Origin: Longivirga aurantiaca
GTDB lineage: Bacteria; Actinomycetota; Actinomycetes; S36-B12; CAIYMF01
DNA length: 32,000 nucleotides
NCBI RefSeq assembly: GCF_042660085.1
Contig: NZ_JBHSTI010000008.1
Location: 1,629,876-1,661,875 of the forward strand
Reading direction: 5' to 3'
Part shown: positions 8,472-19,033 of the stretch, piece by piece
Numbering within the stretch: position 1 is the stretch's first letter
How the letters are laid out: each line of letters begins with the position of its first letter
The notes under the pieces: model-generated
The model's input: the letters and a program-made list of their open reading frames with translations, nothing else
Database searches by the model: none
Told to the model about the DNA's origin: nothing
Program-made: the position numbers and the translations under genes

Positions 8472-9101
8472 TCAGGCGGTAGCGGCCCGTCCCACCGTGT
8501 CGATCAAGCTCGCGAACGCGCGGCAGCCTGCGGGCTGCAGGTGGATGTGGTCCGACCAGGTCCAGGTCGACAGGTGGGCCTCGGACTTCGCGTTCCAGTC
8601 CGCGAGCCGTGCGTTGGGGTAGCGCAGCGTCGCCTGGCGGATCGAGGTGTTGCTGCGCGCCTCGTGCGAGTAGCGCCCGTCGTTCGGCAGCTGGATGGTC
8701 ACCCACACCACGATGCGCTTGGGACCCAGCACCTTCATGATCGCGTCGATCTGCGCGTCGGTGACGCCGCCGTTGGTGCCCGCGTGGACGGCGACGACAT
8801 GCGGCACGCGCGAGCCCATGGACGCCAGCACATCGCGGACCGCGAGCGCCTGCCGGCTGCCCTTCGCGTCGTACGACCAGGCCTTCGCTGCCACGCAGGT
8901 GCGAGCCCCGAGCAGCACGGAGTCGCCGATCACGAACGCCGGGCCGGTGTAGCGGGCGGGGGCCAGCGGCCCGATGACGGTCGTGATGGTGGTGCCGACG
9001 CCGCCGTCCGAGACCGTGGCCTCGGCGGCCGTCGGGGCGAGCACCACAGCGATGAGCACGGCAACAGCGAGGACGGACGCCGTACGGCGAGCACGCACCA
9101 C
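8472..9101 (-). CDS. Secreted SGNH/GDSL-like hydrolase (resembles the C-terminal SGNH domain of membrane acyltransferases)
   Basis: Signal-like MVRARRTASVLAVAVLIAVVLAPTAAEA; block I FVIGDSVLLGARTC; VAVHAGTNGGV; C-terminal WSDHIHLQPAGCRAFASLI (Asp/His pair). Confidence 0.75.
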   Translation of the reverse strand: MVRARRTASVLAVAVLIAVVLAPTAAEATVSDGGVGTTITTVIGPLAPARYTGPAFVIGDSVLLGARTCVAAKAWSYDAKGSRQALAVRDVLASMGSRVPHVVAVHAGTNGGVTDAQIDAIMKVLGPKRIVVWVTIQLPNDGRYSHEARSNTSIRQATLRYPNARLADWNAKSEAHLSTWTWSDHIHLQPAGCRAFASLIDTVGRAATA

Positions 9102-9180
9102 TGCCTCCGAGGGTCGGCTGACCCGTCCACGGTAGCCAGGCGCAGGGTCAGGTGTCCCGGTGTCCGGAGAGGAGCGCCGG

Positions 9181-9969
9181 TCAGCGGCCGAGGGTGAAGC
9201 GCAGCGCTCCCCCGACGCCGCCCAGCTCGGCCCGGCGCCGCAGGCCGAAGGCGAGGCGAACGGCCGGGGCCTTCCATCCGAAGACGCGGTCGAAGATCAC
9301 CGCACGCGCCCGCCTGTCGGCGTCGGTGCCCCAGCGCGAGCCCGAGCTGTCGTCCGGGTGCATGGCGACGACGACGGGCCCGTGCAGGCCCCGGCCGCCG
9401 GCCTTCAGCAGGTCCGCGCAGAAGATGTACTCGTCGCCCAGGTAGTTCTCCGCCCCGGCGCCGAACCGTTCGTCGAAGCGGATCCCCCGGGCTCGGACAT
9501 CCGGCACCCGCACCAGCATCTCGTACGTCGCCGCCTTCCCGCTGTTGCGCAGCGTCAGCGGCACGACGGACGCCGGGTAGTCCTTGCGTAGCCGGCCGTG
9601 CTCGTCGCGCGCAGCGGCCAGGAGCATGCCGGCGCCCGGGTCGGCGTCGAGCAGCGCGAGCCCCTCGAGGATCCCCGGCCAGTCGAACTCGACGTCGTCG
9701 TCCGCGAACAGGAGGTACTCGGTCTCTGCGGCGTCGAGCACAAGGTTGCGGCTCTTGGCCACGCCCCACGCGACCTGCTCGAAGAAGGTCACGTCGCCGC
9801 GCGCGGTCAGCGACTCGGGCAGGGTCGAGCGCCAGTCGGTCTCGGACGGGTTCTGCACCGAGACGATCACGGCGAGCAGCGGATCCTCAGGCGGCGGCGC
9901 GACGTTGCGCACGCGGTCGGCGGTGGTGGAGTAGCCGAGCGTCACGCGGGCGGCGACGGGCTCAGTCAT
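9181..9969 (-). CDS. Family 2-like glycosyltransferase
   Basis: LLAVIVSVQNPSETDWRSTLPESL...GVAKSRNLVLDAAETEYLLFADDDVEFDWPGILEGL: GT-A nucleotide-binding region and DDD motif after a KSRN segment. Confidence 0.85.
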   Translation of the reverse strand: MTEPVAARVTLGYSTTADRVRNVAPPPEDPLLAVIVSVQNPSETDWRSTLPESLTARGDVTFFEQVAWGVAKSRNLVLDAAETEYLLFADDDVEFDWPGILEGLALLDADPGAGMLLAAARDEHGRLRKDYPASVVPLTLRNSGKAATYEMLVRVPDVRARGIRFDERFGAGAENYLGDEYIFCADLLKAGGRGLHGPVVVAMHPDDSSGSRWGTDADRRARAVIFDRVFGWKAPAVRLAFGLRRRAELGGVGGALRFTLGR

Positions 9970-10849
9970 CCTCGTCGTCGTCCCTGTCCTTCGCCTTGAG
10001 CTGGGCGTTGGCCACCGAGCGGGCGTAGCGCATGATCGCGCCGGACATGCTCGCGATGGTGCCGTTCTGCAGGCGGGCGGCGAGGAACAGCACGACCGTG
10101 TTGGCGATGCTGACGTAGCCGTTGATGCTGAACAGGATCAGGCCGGCGAGCAGGATCACCATGCCGACCGAGGCGATGAGGGTGCCGACCTCGGCGCTCA
10201 TGATGCGCGAGCGGAGCTTGTCGTACGCCGGGACGACGACCTTCTTGTCGCGCTGCTCGACATAGCGGATCTGCGCGGCCATCTGGTGCTTGAACAGCCG
10301 GCTGACCACCTCGAACAGGATGATGATCAGCAGGAAGTTGAGCGCGCCGTAGATGGGCGCGAGGACCGCGATGAAGATCGCGATCACCATGAGCTGGGTC
10401 GCGAACGAGAGCACGTTGACGAGCTCGAGGCCGAGAGCCCACTCCCAGCTGGCGGTTGCGCCGCCGCTGCTGCGCCCCGCCTTCTTGAAGACCGTGTCGA
10501 AGAACTGCACGCGGTAGATGCGCTGCGCGTAGTGCGCCACGCGTGTCAGCAGGAAGAGCGCGAAGAAGATGACGAGCTGGACGGCGATATCCGAGAGCTG
10601 GGCACCCTTGCGCTCCTGGGTGATGACGTCGGTGAAGAGCTTGGTGACGAACAGCTCCGTGACCGGGATGAAGGCGCCGAGGGCGACCAGGGTGAGGAGC
10701 ATCCCGCGGTCCTTGCCCTTCGGGATCATCAGCTGGTACGTGTTCCGCAGCGAGCGGGCCAGGGCGATGATCGCGATCTGCCACGGGTCGCGCAGGAGCT
10801 CCCGCAGCGCCTTGCGCGACGGGAGCAGCGAGCGCTTCTTAGCCATCAT
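9962..10849 (-). CDS. ABC-exporter-like six-TM membrane protein without ATP-binding domain
   Basis: Alternating hydrophobic segments (GMLLTLVALGAFIPVTELFVTKLF; IAVQLVIFFALFLLTRVAHYAQRIYRVQFFDTVF; LIVIAIFIAVLAPIYGALNFLLIIILFEVVSRLF; GTLIASVGMVILLAGLILFS). The ORF ends in KAKDRDDDEDD with no Walker motifs. Confidence 0.7.
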   Translation of the reverse strand: MMAKKRSLLPSRKALRELLRDPWQIAIIALARSLRNTYQLMIPKGKDRGMLLTLVALGAFIPVTELFVTKLFTDVITQERKGAQLSDIAVQLVIFFALFLLTRVAHYAQRIYRVQFFDTVFKKAGRSSGGATASWEWALGLELVNVLSFATQLMVIAIFIAVLAPIYGALNFLLIIILFEVVSRLFKHQMAAQIRYVEQRDKKVVVPAYDKLRSRIMSAEVGTLIASVGMVILLAGLILFSINGYVSIANTVVLFLAARLQNGTIASMSGAIMRYARSVANAQLKAKDRDDDEDD

Positions 10850-10901
10850 CCTTCTTCGTCGTGGGCAGCCGAACCCGGTGCGGGTCCGGCACCACGATGC
10901 C

Positions 10902-12683
10902 TCAGACCTTGCTCTTCTGCTTGGACGACGCGGCGAGCACGGTCGCGACGGCGGCGCGCAGGTGCTCCTGCACCTCGTCCTTCTTCGCCTCGCTGACGCG
11001 GATGTCCTTGACCAGGACGCTCAGGTCGCTGTGGCGCAGGTCGAACGGCACCGCCTGCGGGTTCGCCACCTCCACGTCGGCCCCGAGCGCGTAGTCCTCG
11101 TACTTGATCCCCTCGCCGTGCACGTTGTCCTCGAAGCCCTCGAAGGTCACGAGACCGCAGGGGATGCCGTAGCTCTGGCAGGCGATCATCACGTGCATCG
11201 CACTCGTGATGACGTAGTCGTACTGCACGAGGTTCCCGAGGAAGGCCTCGATGTCCTCGCGGCGGCTCATCCGGACGTCGAGCTCGTCGACGTGCTCGGG
11301 CAGCTGCATCGGGATGGGCCGGTGGGTGAAGTGGCGCACGAACGCGACGCGCCCGTTGGTCGCGGCGCGCTCCAGCGGCACGAACCGCGAGAGCGCCAGA
11401 CCCGGGTCGCCGAACGCGGTGACCGCGGGGCCCCCGGACGCCCGCAGCACCCTCGCCGCGATGGGCCCGCGCATCGAGATGTACGTCGCCTTCGTGGCGA
11501 GCTGGAGGTCGGTGGTCGACACGCCCGTGCCGACCACGACCGAGCTCGGCTTGATGAAGCGACCGATCGAGCCGAGCGCCACCAGATGGGGCTTCTTGGT
11601 GGCGTCGGTGACGTTCTGGAACTTGATGTTGGCGCTGGTGGCCGACGCCACCGCGAGCGGGCTGAGCCAGTCGCCGAAGTTGCCCGGGAAGGGCTTGACC
11701 CACCAGGCGAGCCGCAGCGACAGGGGGCTGTCCCGGGCGGCGTACTCGAGGAACGCCTCGGAAACCTCGAAGGATGCGTCCTCGGCCGGGCCGACGATGT
11801 AGGCGTTGTCGAACTTCTTGCGGGCGGCGGCGAAGGCGATCGGGTCGCCCGTCATCCCGGCCGAGAGCATGTCCCCGACGCAGGTGGCGCGGACGGGGTC
11901 GATGACCCGGACGGTGTCGGCGGTCAGGGCGCCGGTGATCCCGACCGTGTCGGAGAGGCGACGCAGCCGCTGCCGGGCGTCGTCGGGCAGCGAGGCCTCG
12001 ATCTTCTTCGCCTGGGCGAGCATCTTCTTGCGGGCGCCGACCTTCTTCTTCGAGCCGTGCTGGACGACCTTGCCCTTGAACTCGGCGACGTTGCCGCTGG
12101 ACCCGAAGACGAAGAAGGGAGGCCGTCCGGCATCACCGGTCTCCTTGTCCTCGCGCACGATCGCGGTCGAGGAGATCATCTGGAACGTGAGGTTGTGCGC
12201 GTTCGCGCGCCACGCCTCCTCGAGGAAGTAGTCGTCGGTCGCCTTGAGGTCGGAGCGCTGCTCGAGCGCGTACGCGTCGTCGATCAGCTTGCGCCCGAGC
12301 GGCGACGCGGCCACGCCCCAGAACGACGGCTCCCAGAAGCGCGTGCGGTTGGCGTACCCGATCTGCATGGGCGACCGGAAGCTGCGCTGGAAGCCGATGA
12401 AGTCGGCGGTGGTGTCGCGGACGTAGTCCGGCAGGTGCGTGATGCGGCAGTCGACGTCGATCCAGATGACCATGGAGTCCGGGTGCCTCTGGCACACGCC
12501 GTGGATGAAGCCGATCTTGCGCCGGGTGATGTCGGCCCAGTCGTCGCCCTCGCGCTTCTCGACCTCGAGCAGCTCGTAGCGGACGCCGAGCGAGTCCAGC
12601 TGCTGCGCCAGCTCCCGGGCATGCCCGGCGTAGTACTCATCCGGGGTGTGGAAGGAACAGACGACGACGTCGCGATGCGGCAC
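10902..12683 (-). CDS. Two-domain protein: N-terminal glycosyltransferase-like plus C-terminal polysaccharide pyruvyltransferase (ExoV/CsaB)-like
   Basis: N-terminus VVVCSFHTPDEYYAGHARELAQQL...MVIWIDVDCRITHLPDY... with a DxD-like motif. C-terminus LRLAWWVKPFPGNFGDWLSPLAVASAT...VGTGVSTTDLQLATKATYISMRGPIAARVLR...VTAFGDPGLALSRF...YDYVITSAMHVMIACQSYGIPCGLVTFEG matches the pyruvyltransferase pattern (NxGD, RG, GDP, S.H..I.A...GIP). Confidence 0.75.
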   Translation of the reverse strand: MPHRDVVVCSFHTPDEYYAGHARELAQQLDSLGVRYELLEVEKREGDDWADITRRKIGFIHGVCQRHPDSMVIWIDVDCRITHLPDYVRDTTADFIGFQRSFRSPMQIGYANRTRFWEPSFWGVAASPLGRKLIDDAYALEQRSDLKATDDYFLEEAWRANAHNLTFQMISSTAIVREDKETGDAGRPPFFVFGSSGNVAEFKGKVVQHGSKKKVGARKKMLAQAKKIEASLPDDARQRLRRLSDTVGITGALTADTVRVIDPVRATCVGDMLSAGMTGDPIAFAAARKKFDNAYIVGPAEDASFEVSEAFLEYAARDSPLSLRLAWWVKPFPGNFGDWLSPLAVASATSANIKFQNVTDATKKPHLVALGSIGRFIKPSSVVVGTGVSTTDLQLATKATYISMRGPIAARVLRASGGPAVTAFGDPGLALSRFVPLERAATNGRVAFVRHFTHRPIPMQLPEHVDELDVRMSRREDIEAFLGNLVQYDYVITSAMHVMIACQSYGIPCGLVTFEGFEDNVHGEGIKYEDYALGADVEVANPQAVPFDLRHSDLSVLVKDIRVSEAKKDEVQEHLRAAVATVLAASSKQKSKV

Positions 12684-12769
12684 GGGCCGAATCTACACGG
12701 CGCGACAGGCCCTCCCACGGCTCCGCGACGCCGCGGCCGCAGGTTTCGCACCCCGCGACGTGGTGATCG

Positions 12770-13528
12770 TCACGCGGGTGCGGCGTTGTCGAGGTAGATG
12801 TCGATACCCGGCAGCTCGACGAAACCCAGTCGGCGGTACACCGAAGCCGCCCGGGGCGTCTCGGGCTCGAGGTGCGCGAGACGTGCCCCGGCCCCGGCCG
12901 CCATCGTCAGCAGCCCCGCCGTGACCGCCGTCCCGACGCCGCGACCCTCGTGCTCCGGCAGCACGCAGATCCCGCCCACGTGCGTCGCGGGGCCGGCTCG
13001 CCCGTCGCTGCGCACGCCGTACCCCGTGGCGACCGGGACGCCGTCGAGCACGCCCAGGAGCACGTCGACCCGCGGGTCCGCGAGGTGCGGCCCGCACCAC
13101 GGCGCCTCGACGACAGGGTCCGACCCGAAGGCCGCCGAGTCGATCGACAGCACGGCGTCGAGGTCGTCCGCGGTCACCATCCGCAGGTCGAGGCCGGGCA
13201 CGGCCGGAGCGACAGGAAGGTCCGACAGGTCCCGCCCCATGAGCGGCTTGGTGAGGATGCGTCGTCCGTGCGGCCAGGGGCAGCCGACCGGGAGCCGCAG
13301 CCCCCACGCCGCTGCGCGGTCGGAGTACCAGGCCGCCACCTGGCCGAGGTCGACGAGCGCAGGGTCGTCGACGTCGCCGCTGTTCCACTGGGGGTGGGCC
13401 AGGCCGCTGCACATCAGCCGTGCGCCGGGGAGCTCGATGGCGTCGCCGCCGTGCGGGCGCCGCAGCTCGCCCTCGACCTGCCACGCGTCGGCATGCGCCG
13501 CGCGCAGGAGCTCGGGGGTGATGTGCAC
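12770..13528 (-). CDS. GNAT family N-acetyltransferase
   Basis: C-terminal HVGGICVLPEHEGRGVGTAVTAGLLTMAAGAGARLAHLEPETPRAASVYRRLGFVELPGIDIYL: acetyl-CoA binding R/Q-x-x-G-x-G/A motif (EGRGVG). Confidence 0.87.
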   Translation of the reverse strand: MHITPELLRAAHADAWQVEGELRRPHGGDAIELPGARLMCSGLAHPQWNSGDVDDPALVDLGQVAAWYSDRAAAWGLRLPVGCPWPHGRRILTKPLMGRDLSDLPVAPAVPGLDLRMVTADDLDAVLSIDSAAFGSDPVVEAPWCGPHLADPRVDVLLGVLDGVPVATGYGVRSDGRAGPATHVGGICVLPEHEGRGVGTAVTAGLLTMAAGAGARLAHLEPETPRAASVYRRLGFVELPGIDIYLDNAAPA

Positions 13529-13570
13529 GCACCCACCCTGGCAGCGACGCGCCGCCGGGTGCGCACGGAT

Positions 13571-14089
13571 TCAGTGCTGAGACGCGGACGCGAGCAGCGT
13601 CGAGAGGTGGGCTCCCCAGGCCTCGGCGCGCTCGACCTCGCCGGGCTCGAGCGGACCCATGGTGCCCTGGACCCCGAAGTCCTCGGGGTCGGCGATCAGC
13701 CGGAAGCCAGCAGCCTTCAGCGCCTTCGCGGCGCCCTTGCCCGCCGAGCCGGTGAGAGGCTTGCGCACCTTGGTGTCGAAGACCGCTGCCGGGATCGGCT
13801 TGCGCAGCCGGTGCAGCCCGGCGAGCACCTCGCGGAGGCCGGCCCCGTCGCTCACGACCTCGCCGTCCGGGGACTTGGTGCGCGCGTCCTGGCGCGACTG
13901 CGGGCGGCTCATCCCGAAGGCGTGCGTCGGGCCGCCCACGACGAGCAGCTCGAGGTCCGACGGAAGGTCGCGGAGCTCGCCGATCTCGAGCACCTCGACG
14001 CTGCCCCTGGGCGCGAGACCGCGCGCCACCGCCTGCGCGATCTCCCGCGTGTTGCCGAACATGGACTCGTAGACGACCAGGGTGGTCAT
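13571..14089 (-). CDS. Flavodoxin-domain protein
   Basis: MTTLVVYESMFGNTREIAQAVARGLAPRG...LLVVGGPTHAFGMSRPQSR: flavodoxin FMN-binding loop and GGPTHAFG. ATG at 14089 with an upstream purine-rich RBS. Confidence 0.9.
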   Translation of the reverse strand: MTTLVVYESMFGNTREIAQAVARGLAPRGSVEVLEIGELRDLPSDLELLVVGGPTHAFGMSRPQSRQDARTKSPDGEVVSDGAGLREVLAGLHRLRKPIPAAVFDTKVRKPLTGSAGKGAAKALKAAGFRLIADPEDFGVQGTMGPLEPGEVERAEAWGAHLSTLLASASQH

Positions 14090-14281
14090 GACTGCCTCCC
14101 CTTCGCCTCCATCCTCCACCCGCCTCCGCTCGCGTGGCCCGGCTCGACCTGTCTGCTCGGTCACCCGACCCGAGGCCGGACTGTGACCTGCGCCACCGGT
14201 CGAACCTGCCCGGGCGGGGTACCTGGCGGTTAACGTCCCGACGGTCGGGACCAGTTCGGCCCGCAGGAGGGAAGGCATCAC

Positions 14282-15145
14282 ATGCGCAACATCCTTCGTG
14301 GCGGCATCGCAGCGCTGGCGGCCACCGCCGTCGTCGTGGCGACAGCTGCAGCACCATCGGCGGCCATCACCGGGGGGAACCCCGACGGTGAAGGTCACCC
14401 GAACGTCGGCGTGATCCTGTTCTACGAGGACGGCGGTCGTTACCGTTGCACCGCCACGCTCGTGAACCCGACCACGCTCATCACCGCGGCCCACTGCGTC
14501 GCGACCGACGGGCTCACGATCGTCACGTTCTCGTCCGTGATCGCCGAGGCACCGCCGTCGGGTCTGCCGACCGCCGCCGACCCCGCGGCCGGCTACGCCG
14601 AGTCGGACATCGAGGGCAAGACCGGCTTCTACATCGGTCAGGCCGTCGCGCACCCGGACTACTCGAACTTCACCGACCTCGACACCTGGAACGACGTCGC
14701 CGTCGTCCACCTGACCAGCGCCGTCGCGGGCATCACTCCGGCGACCATCGCCCCGGAGAACTTCCTCGAGGCCTACCGACCGGCGAACATCCTGAGCAAG
14801 ACGCTCTTCGAGCTCGTGGGCTATGGCACCGAGGTGCGCAAGAGCGACGTCGGACCCCAGAAGCCGACGCCGCAGAGCTACCCGCTCATCCGGCGCGTCG
14901 CGCTCTCGCCCGGTCAGAAGATGACCGACCAGATCGTGCAGATGAACGGCAACATCAACGACACCCGCGGCACCGGAGGCACCTGCTTCGGCGACTCGGG
15001 CGGACCGTCGTTCATCTCGGGCTACCTCGTGACGGTGACGAGCTACGGCCTCACCCAGAACTGCCGCTACATCGGCGGATACCAGCGCGTCGACATCCCC
15101 GGCGTGCAGCAGTTCCTGCAGGCCGAGGGCGTCCTCGCCTCCTAG
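14282..15145 (+). CDS. Secreted trypsin-like serine protease (S1 family)
   Basis: MRNILRGGIAALAATAVVVATAAAPSAAITGGNPDGEGHPNVGVILFYEDGGRYRCTATLVNPTTLITAAHC...NDVAVVHL...GTCFGDSGGPSF: signal peptide and His (TAAHC), Asp and Ser (GDSGGP) triad motifs. Confidence 0.95.
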   Translation: MRNILRGGIAALAATAVVVATAAAPSAAITGGNPDGEGHPNVGVILFYEDGGRYRCTATLVNPTTLITAAHCVATDGLTIVTFSSVIAEAPPSGLPTAADPAAGYAESDIEGKTGFYIGQAVAHPDYSNFTDLDTWNDVAVVHLTSAVAGITPATIAPENFLEAYRPANILSKTLFELVGYGTEVRKSDVGPQKPTPQSYPLIRRVALSPGQKMTDQIVQMNGNINDTRGTGGTCFGDSGGPSFISGYLVTVTSYGLTQNCRYIGGYQRVDIPGVQQFLQAEGVLAS

Positions 15146-15153
15146 GTCCACGC

Positions 15154-15196
15154 ACGGTTGCGGGCGGCACAGGTCCTCTGTGCCGCCCGTAACCGT
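15154..15196 (+). terminator. Strong hairpin, likely terminator of the trypsin-like gene
   Basis: acggttgcgggcggcacag-gtcct-ctgtgccgcccgtaaccgt: 19-bp stem with one G-T wobble, 8 nt after the stop codon. Confidence 0.8.
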
Positions 15197-15311
15197 CTCC
15201 GGGGTGCTCTGACGCAGGGATCCGGACGACCTGCGCAGTGGTCCTGCCGAGCTCGACGGGACGGCCGATTCCCGCCGGTACGCCGTCGCGCCGGACCCGT
15301 ACGCTCCCCCG

Positions 15312-16256
15312 GTGACCGACATCCCCAGCACCGCCCCCGCGCACATGAGCCGGCGCGCCTGGGTGCTCTTCGCCTCGATGGCGGTGATCTGGGGGATCCC
15401 GTACCTCTTCATCAAGATCGCGGTCGTCGAGGTGTCCCCCGTCGCCCTGGCGGGGATGCGCACGCTGCTGGCTGCGCTCGTCCTGCTCCCGCTCGCGGCG
15501 CGCGCCGGCGCCCTGCGCCCGGCGCTGCGCTCCTGGCCGTACGTCGCCGCGTTCGGCGTGCTGGAGATGGCGATCCCCTGGGTGCTCATCGGCCACGCCG
15601 AGATCCGGGTGTCGAGCGGCTTCGCCGGCCTGGTCATCGCGGCGGTCCCGATGTTCGGCACGCTGCTCGCCTGGCTCCTCGGCGACCGGCACGCGCTGGC
15701 GCGGGTCCGGGTCCTCGGTCTCGCGACCGGGTTCGTCGGCGTCGGAGCGCTCGTGGGCCTGGACTCCCTCGGCGGTCACGCCGACGCCCTGAGCGTGCTC
15801 GAGCTGCTGGCGGTGGCGGCGCTGTACGCCGTCGCCCCGGCGATCGCCGACCGCAAGCTGCGGCACGTGCCGTCGATCGGCGTCATCGCGGTGTCGCTGA
15901 CGATCGTCGCGGTGCTCTACCTGCCGTTCACGATCGGCGAGATGTCGCAAGGCCTGCCGTCGCCCTCGGTCGTCGGCTCGATCCTGGTGCTCGCGCTCGT
16001 CTGCACGGCTCTGGCCTTCGTGCTCTTCTTCGAGCTCATCGCCACCGCGGGCCCGGTGCGCGCGACGGTGATCACCTTCCTCAACCCGGCCGTCGCCGTC
16101 CTGCTCGGGCTCGTCGTGCTGTCCGAGCCGCTCACGTGGGGCACCCTCGTCGGATTCCCGCTGGTCCTGCTCGGCTCCTACTGGGCGACCCGACCGACCA
16201 CATCTGCCGCCAGGCCTGCCGCCACGGCCGACCCGACCGACGTCACCACGCCGTAG
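15312..16256 (+). CDS. EamA/DMT family transporter
   Basis: MSRRAWVLFASMAVIWGIPYLFIKIAVVEVSPVALAGMRTLLAALVLLPLAARAG...TFLNPAVAVLLGLVVLSEPLTWGTLVGFPLVLLGSYWAT: ten hydrophobic segments in two repeats, typical of EamA. Confidence 0.92.
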   Translation: MTDIPSTAPAHMSRRAWVLFASMAVIWGIPYLFIKIAVVEVSPVALAGMRTLLAALVLLPLAARAGALRPALRSWPYVAAFGVLEMAIPWVLIGHAEIRVSSGFAGLVIAAVPMFGTLLAWLLGDRHALARVRVLGLATGFVGVGALVGLDSLGGHADALSVLELLAVAALYAVAPAIADRKLRHVPSIGVIAVSLTIVAVLYLPFTIGEMSQGLPSPSVVGSILVLALVCTALAFVLFFELIATAGPVRATVITFLNPAVAVLLGLVVLSEPLTWGTLVGFPLVLLGSYWATRPTTSAARPAATADPTDVTTP

Positions 16257-16306
16257 CGGCAATACCCGTGCGGCAGCACGCGCGGCCGCAGGCGAGGATG
16301 GGCGCC

Positions 16307-17953
<1,647 letters not shown>

Positions 17954-17978
17954 GCGGCTCGCGCCGTACGGTGTGCGG

Positions 17979-18359
17979 ATGCCGACGATCTCCCTGGTGC
18001 TGGCCGCGCTCGCGGGTCTGCTGCACGTGTACTTCTTCCTGCTCGAGAGCGTGCTGTTCCGCAAGCCGTTCGCGCACCGCACGTTCGGGATCAAGGATCC
18101 GGCCGAGGTCGAGGCGCTGTCGTTCTCGATGCTCAACCAGGGTTTCTACAACCTGTTCCTCGCGATCGGCACCCTCGTCGGCGTCGTCGGGACGGTCCGC
18201 GGCTGGGAGCCGCAGGGGCCCACGCTCGTCGTCTTCTGCTGCGCCTGCATGGTGGCCGCGGCACTCGTGCTCGTGGTCGCCCGCCCCCGCATGGCGCGCG
18301 GCGCGCTCGTACAGGGCCTGCTTCCCCTGCTCGCGCTCGTCCTCGCCGCGGTCCTCTGA
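17979..18359 (+). CDS. DUF1304 family membrane protein
   Basis: MPTISLVLAALAGLLHVYFFLLESVLFRKPFAHRTFGIKDPAEVEALSFSMLNQGFYNLFLAIGTLVGV... is characteristic of DUF1304. Start 17979 (or GTG 17973). Confidence 0.87.
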   Translation: MPTISLVLAALAGLLHVYFFLLESVLFRKPFAHRTFGIKDPAEVEALSFSMLNQGFYNLFLAIGTLVGVVGTVRGWEPQGPTLVVFCCACMVAAALVLVVARPRMARGALVQGLLPLLALVLAAVL

Positions 18360-18392
18360 CGACCGGTGGTCTGAGGTCGTAGCCTCCCGGGC

Positions 18393-19022
18393 ATGAGCAT
18401 CCGCGTCTACAGCGAGGTCCCGGAGCAGCGACGCAAGCAGATCGCGTCCGACGTCGTCGTCGTCCTGCTGATCGTCCTCTTCGTCTGGGTCGGGAAGTTC
18501 GTCCACGACGCCGTCGGCTCCCTCTCCGTCCTCGCCACCGGCGTGAAGGAAGCAGGGCTGACCGTCGAGGGCGGCTTCCAGTCCGTCGCCGACGCGGTGT
18601 CGGGCGTGCCTGTGGTCGGCGAGTCGATCGGCAACGCGATCGCCGGTGCCGGCGACGGCACGGGCGGCAACCTCGCCGAGCTCGGCCAGTCGGGCGAGGA
18701 CGCCGTGTTCGCGGTGGCCCGCATCGTCGGCATCGTGACCGCGACCCTGCCCATCCTCGTCCTCCTCGCCGTCGTGCTGCCTCGTCGCATCCGGCGGGTC
18801 CGGCACATGTCCGTGGCGTCGCGCGTGCTGGTCGACCTCCACGATCCGGAGCGCCGCCGTCTGCTCGCGATGCGTGCTGCGTTCGGCCTGCCGTACGACG
18901 AGCTGCTCGACTTCACGTCCGACCCCCTTGGCGATCTCGCCGAGGGACGGCACGACGCGCTGGTGGCCGCCGCGCTCGCCGACGTCGGGCTCGTCGACCG
19001 CGGCTCCCCTGCCCTGGCCTGA
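18393..19022 (+). CDS. Hypothetical membrane protein (two predicted TM segments)
   Basis: MSIRVYSEVPEQRRKQIASDVVVVLLIVLFVWVGKFVHDAV... and VGIVTATLPILVLLAVVLPRRIRRVRHM; intact ORF between functional neighbours. Confidence 0.75.
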   Translation: MSIRVYSEVPEQRRKQIASDVVVVLLIVLFVWVGKFVHDAVGSLSVLATGVKEAGLTVEGGFQSVADAVSGVPVVGESIGNAIAGAGDGTGGNLAELGQSGEDAVFAVARIVGIVTATLPILVLLAVVLPRRIRRVRHMSVASRVLVDLHDPERRRLLAMRAAFGLPYDELLDFTSDPLGDLAEGRHDALVAAALADVGLVDRGSPALA

Positions 19023-19033
19023 GAGGACCCGTC

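Noticed and set aside
10569-12797. 742-aa plus-strand ORF overlapping the glycosyltransferase-pyruvyltransferase gene
   Set aside because: Shadow ORF: Arg/His/Asp-rich translation with no domain signature, while the minus-strand frame has coherent enzyme motifs.
13571-15661. 696-aa minus-strand ORF spanning the trypsin-like gene
   Set aside because: Only the last 173 residues (from ATG 14089) encode a flavodoxin-like protein; the upstream part is antisense to the protease gene and low complexity.
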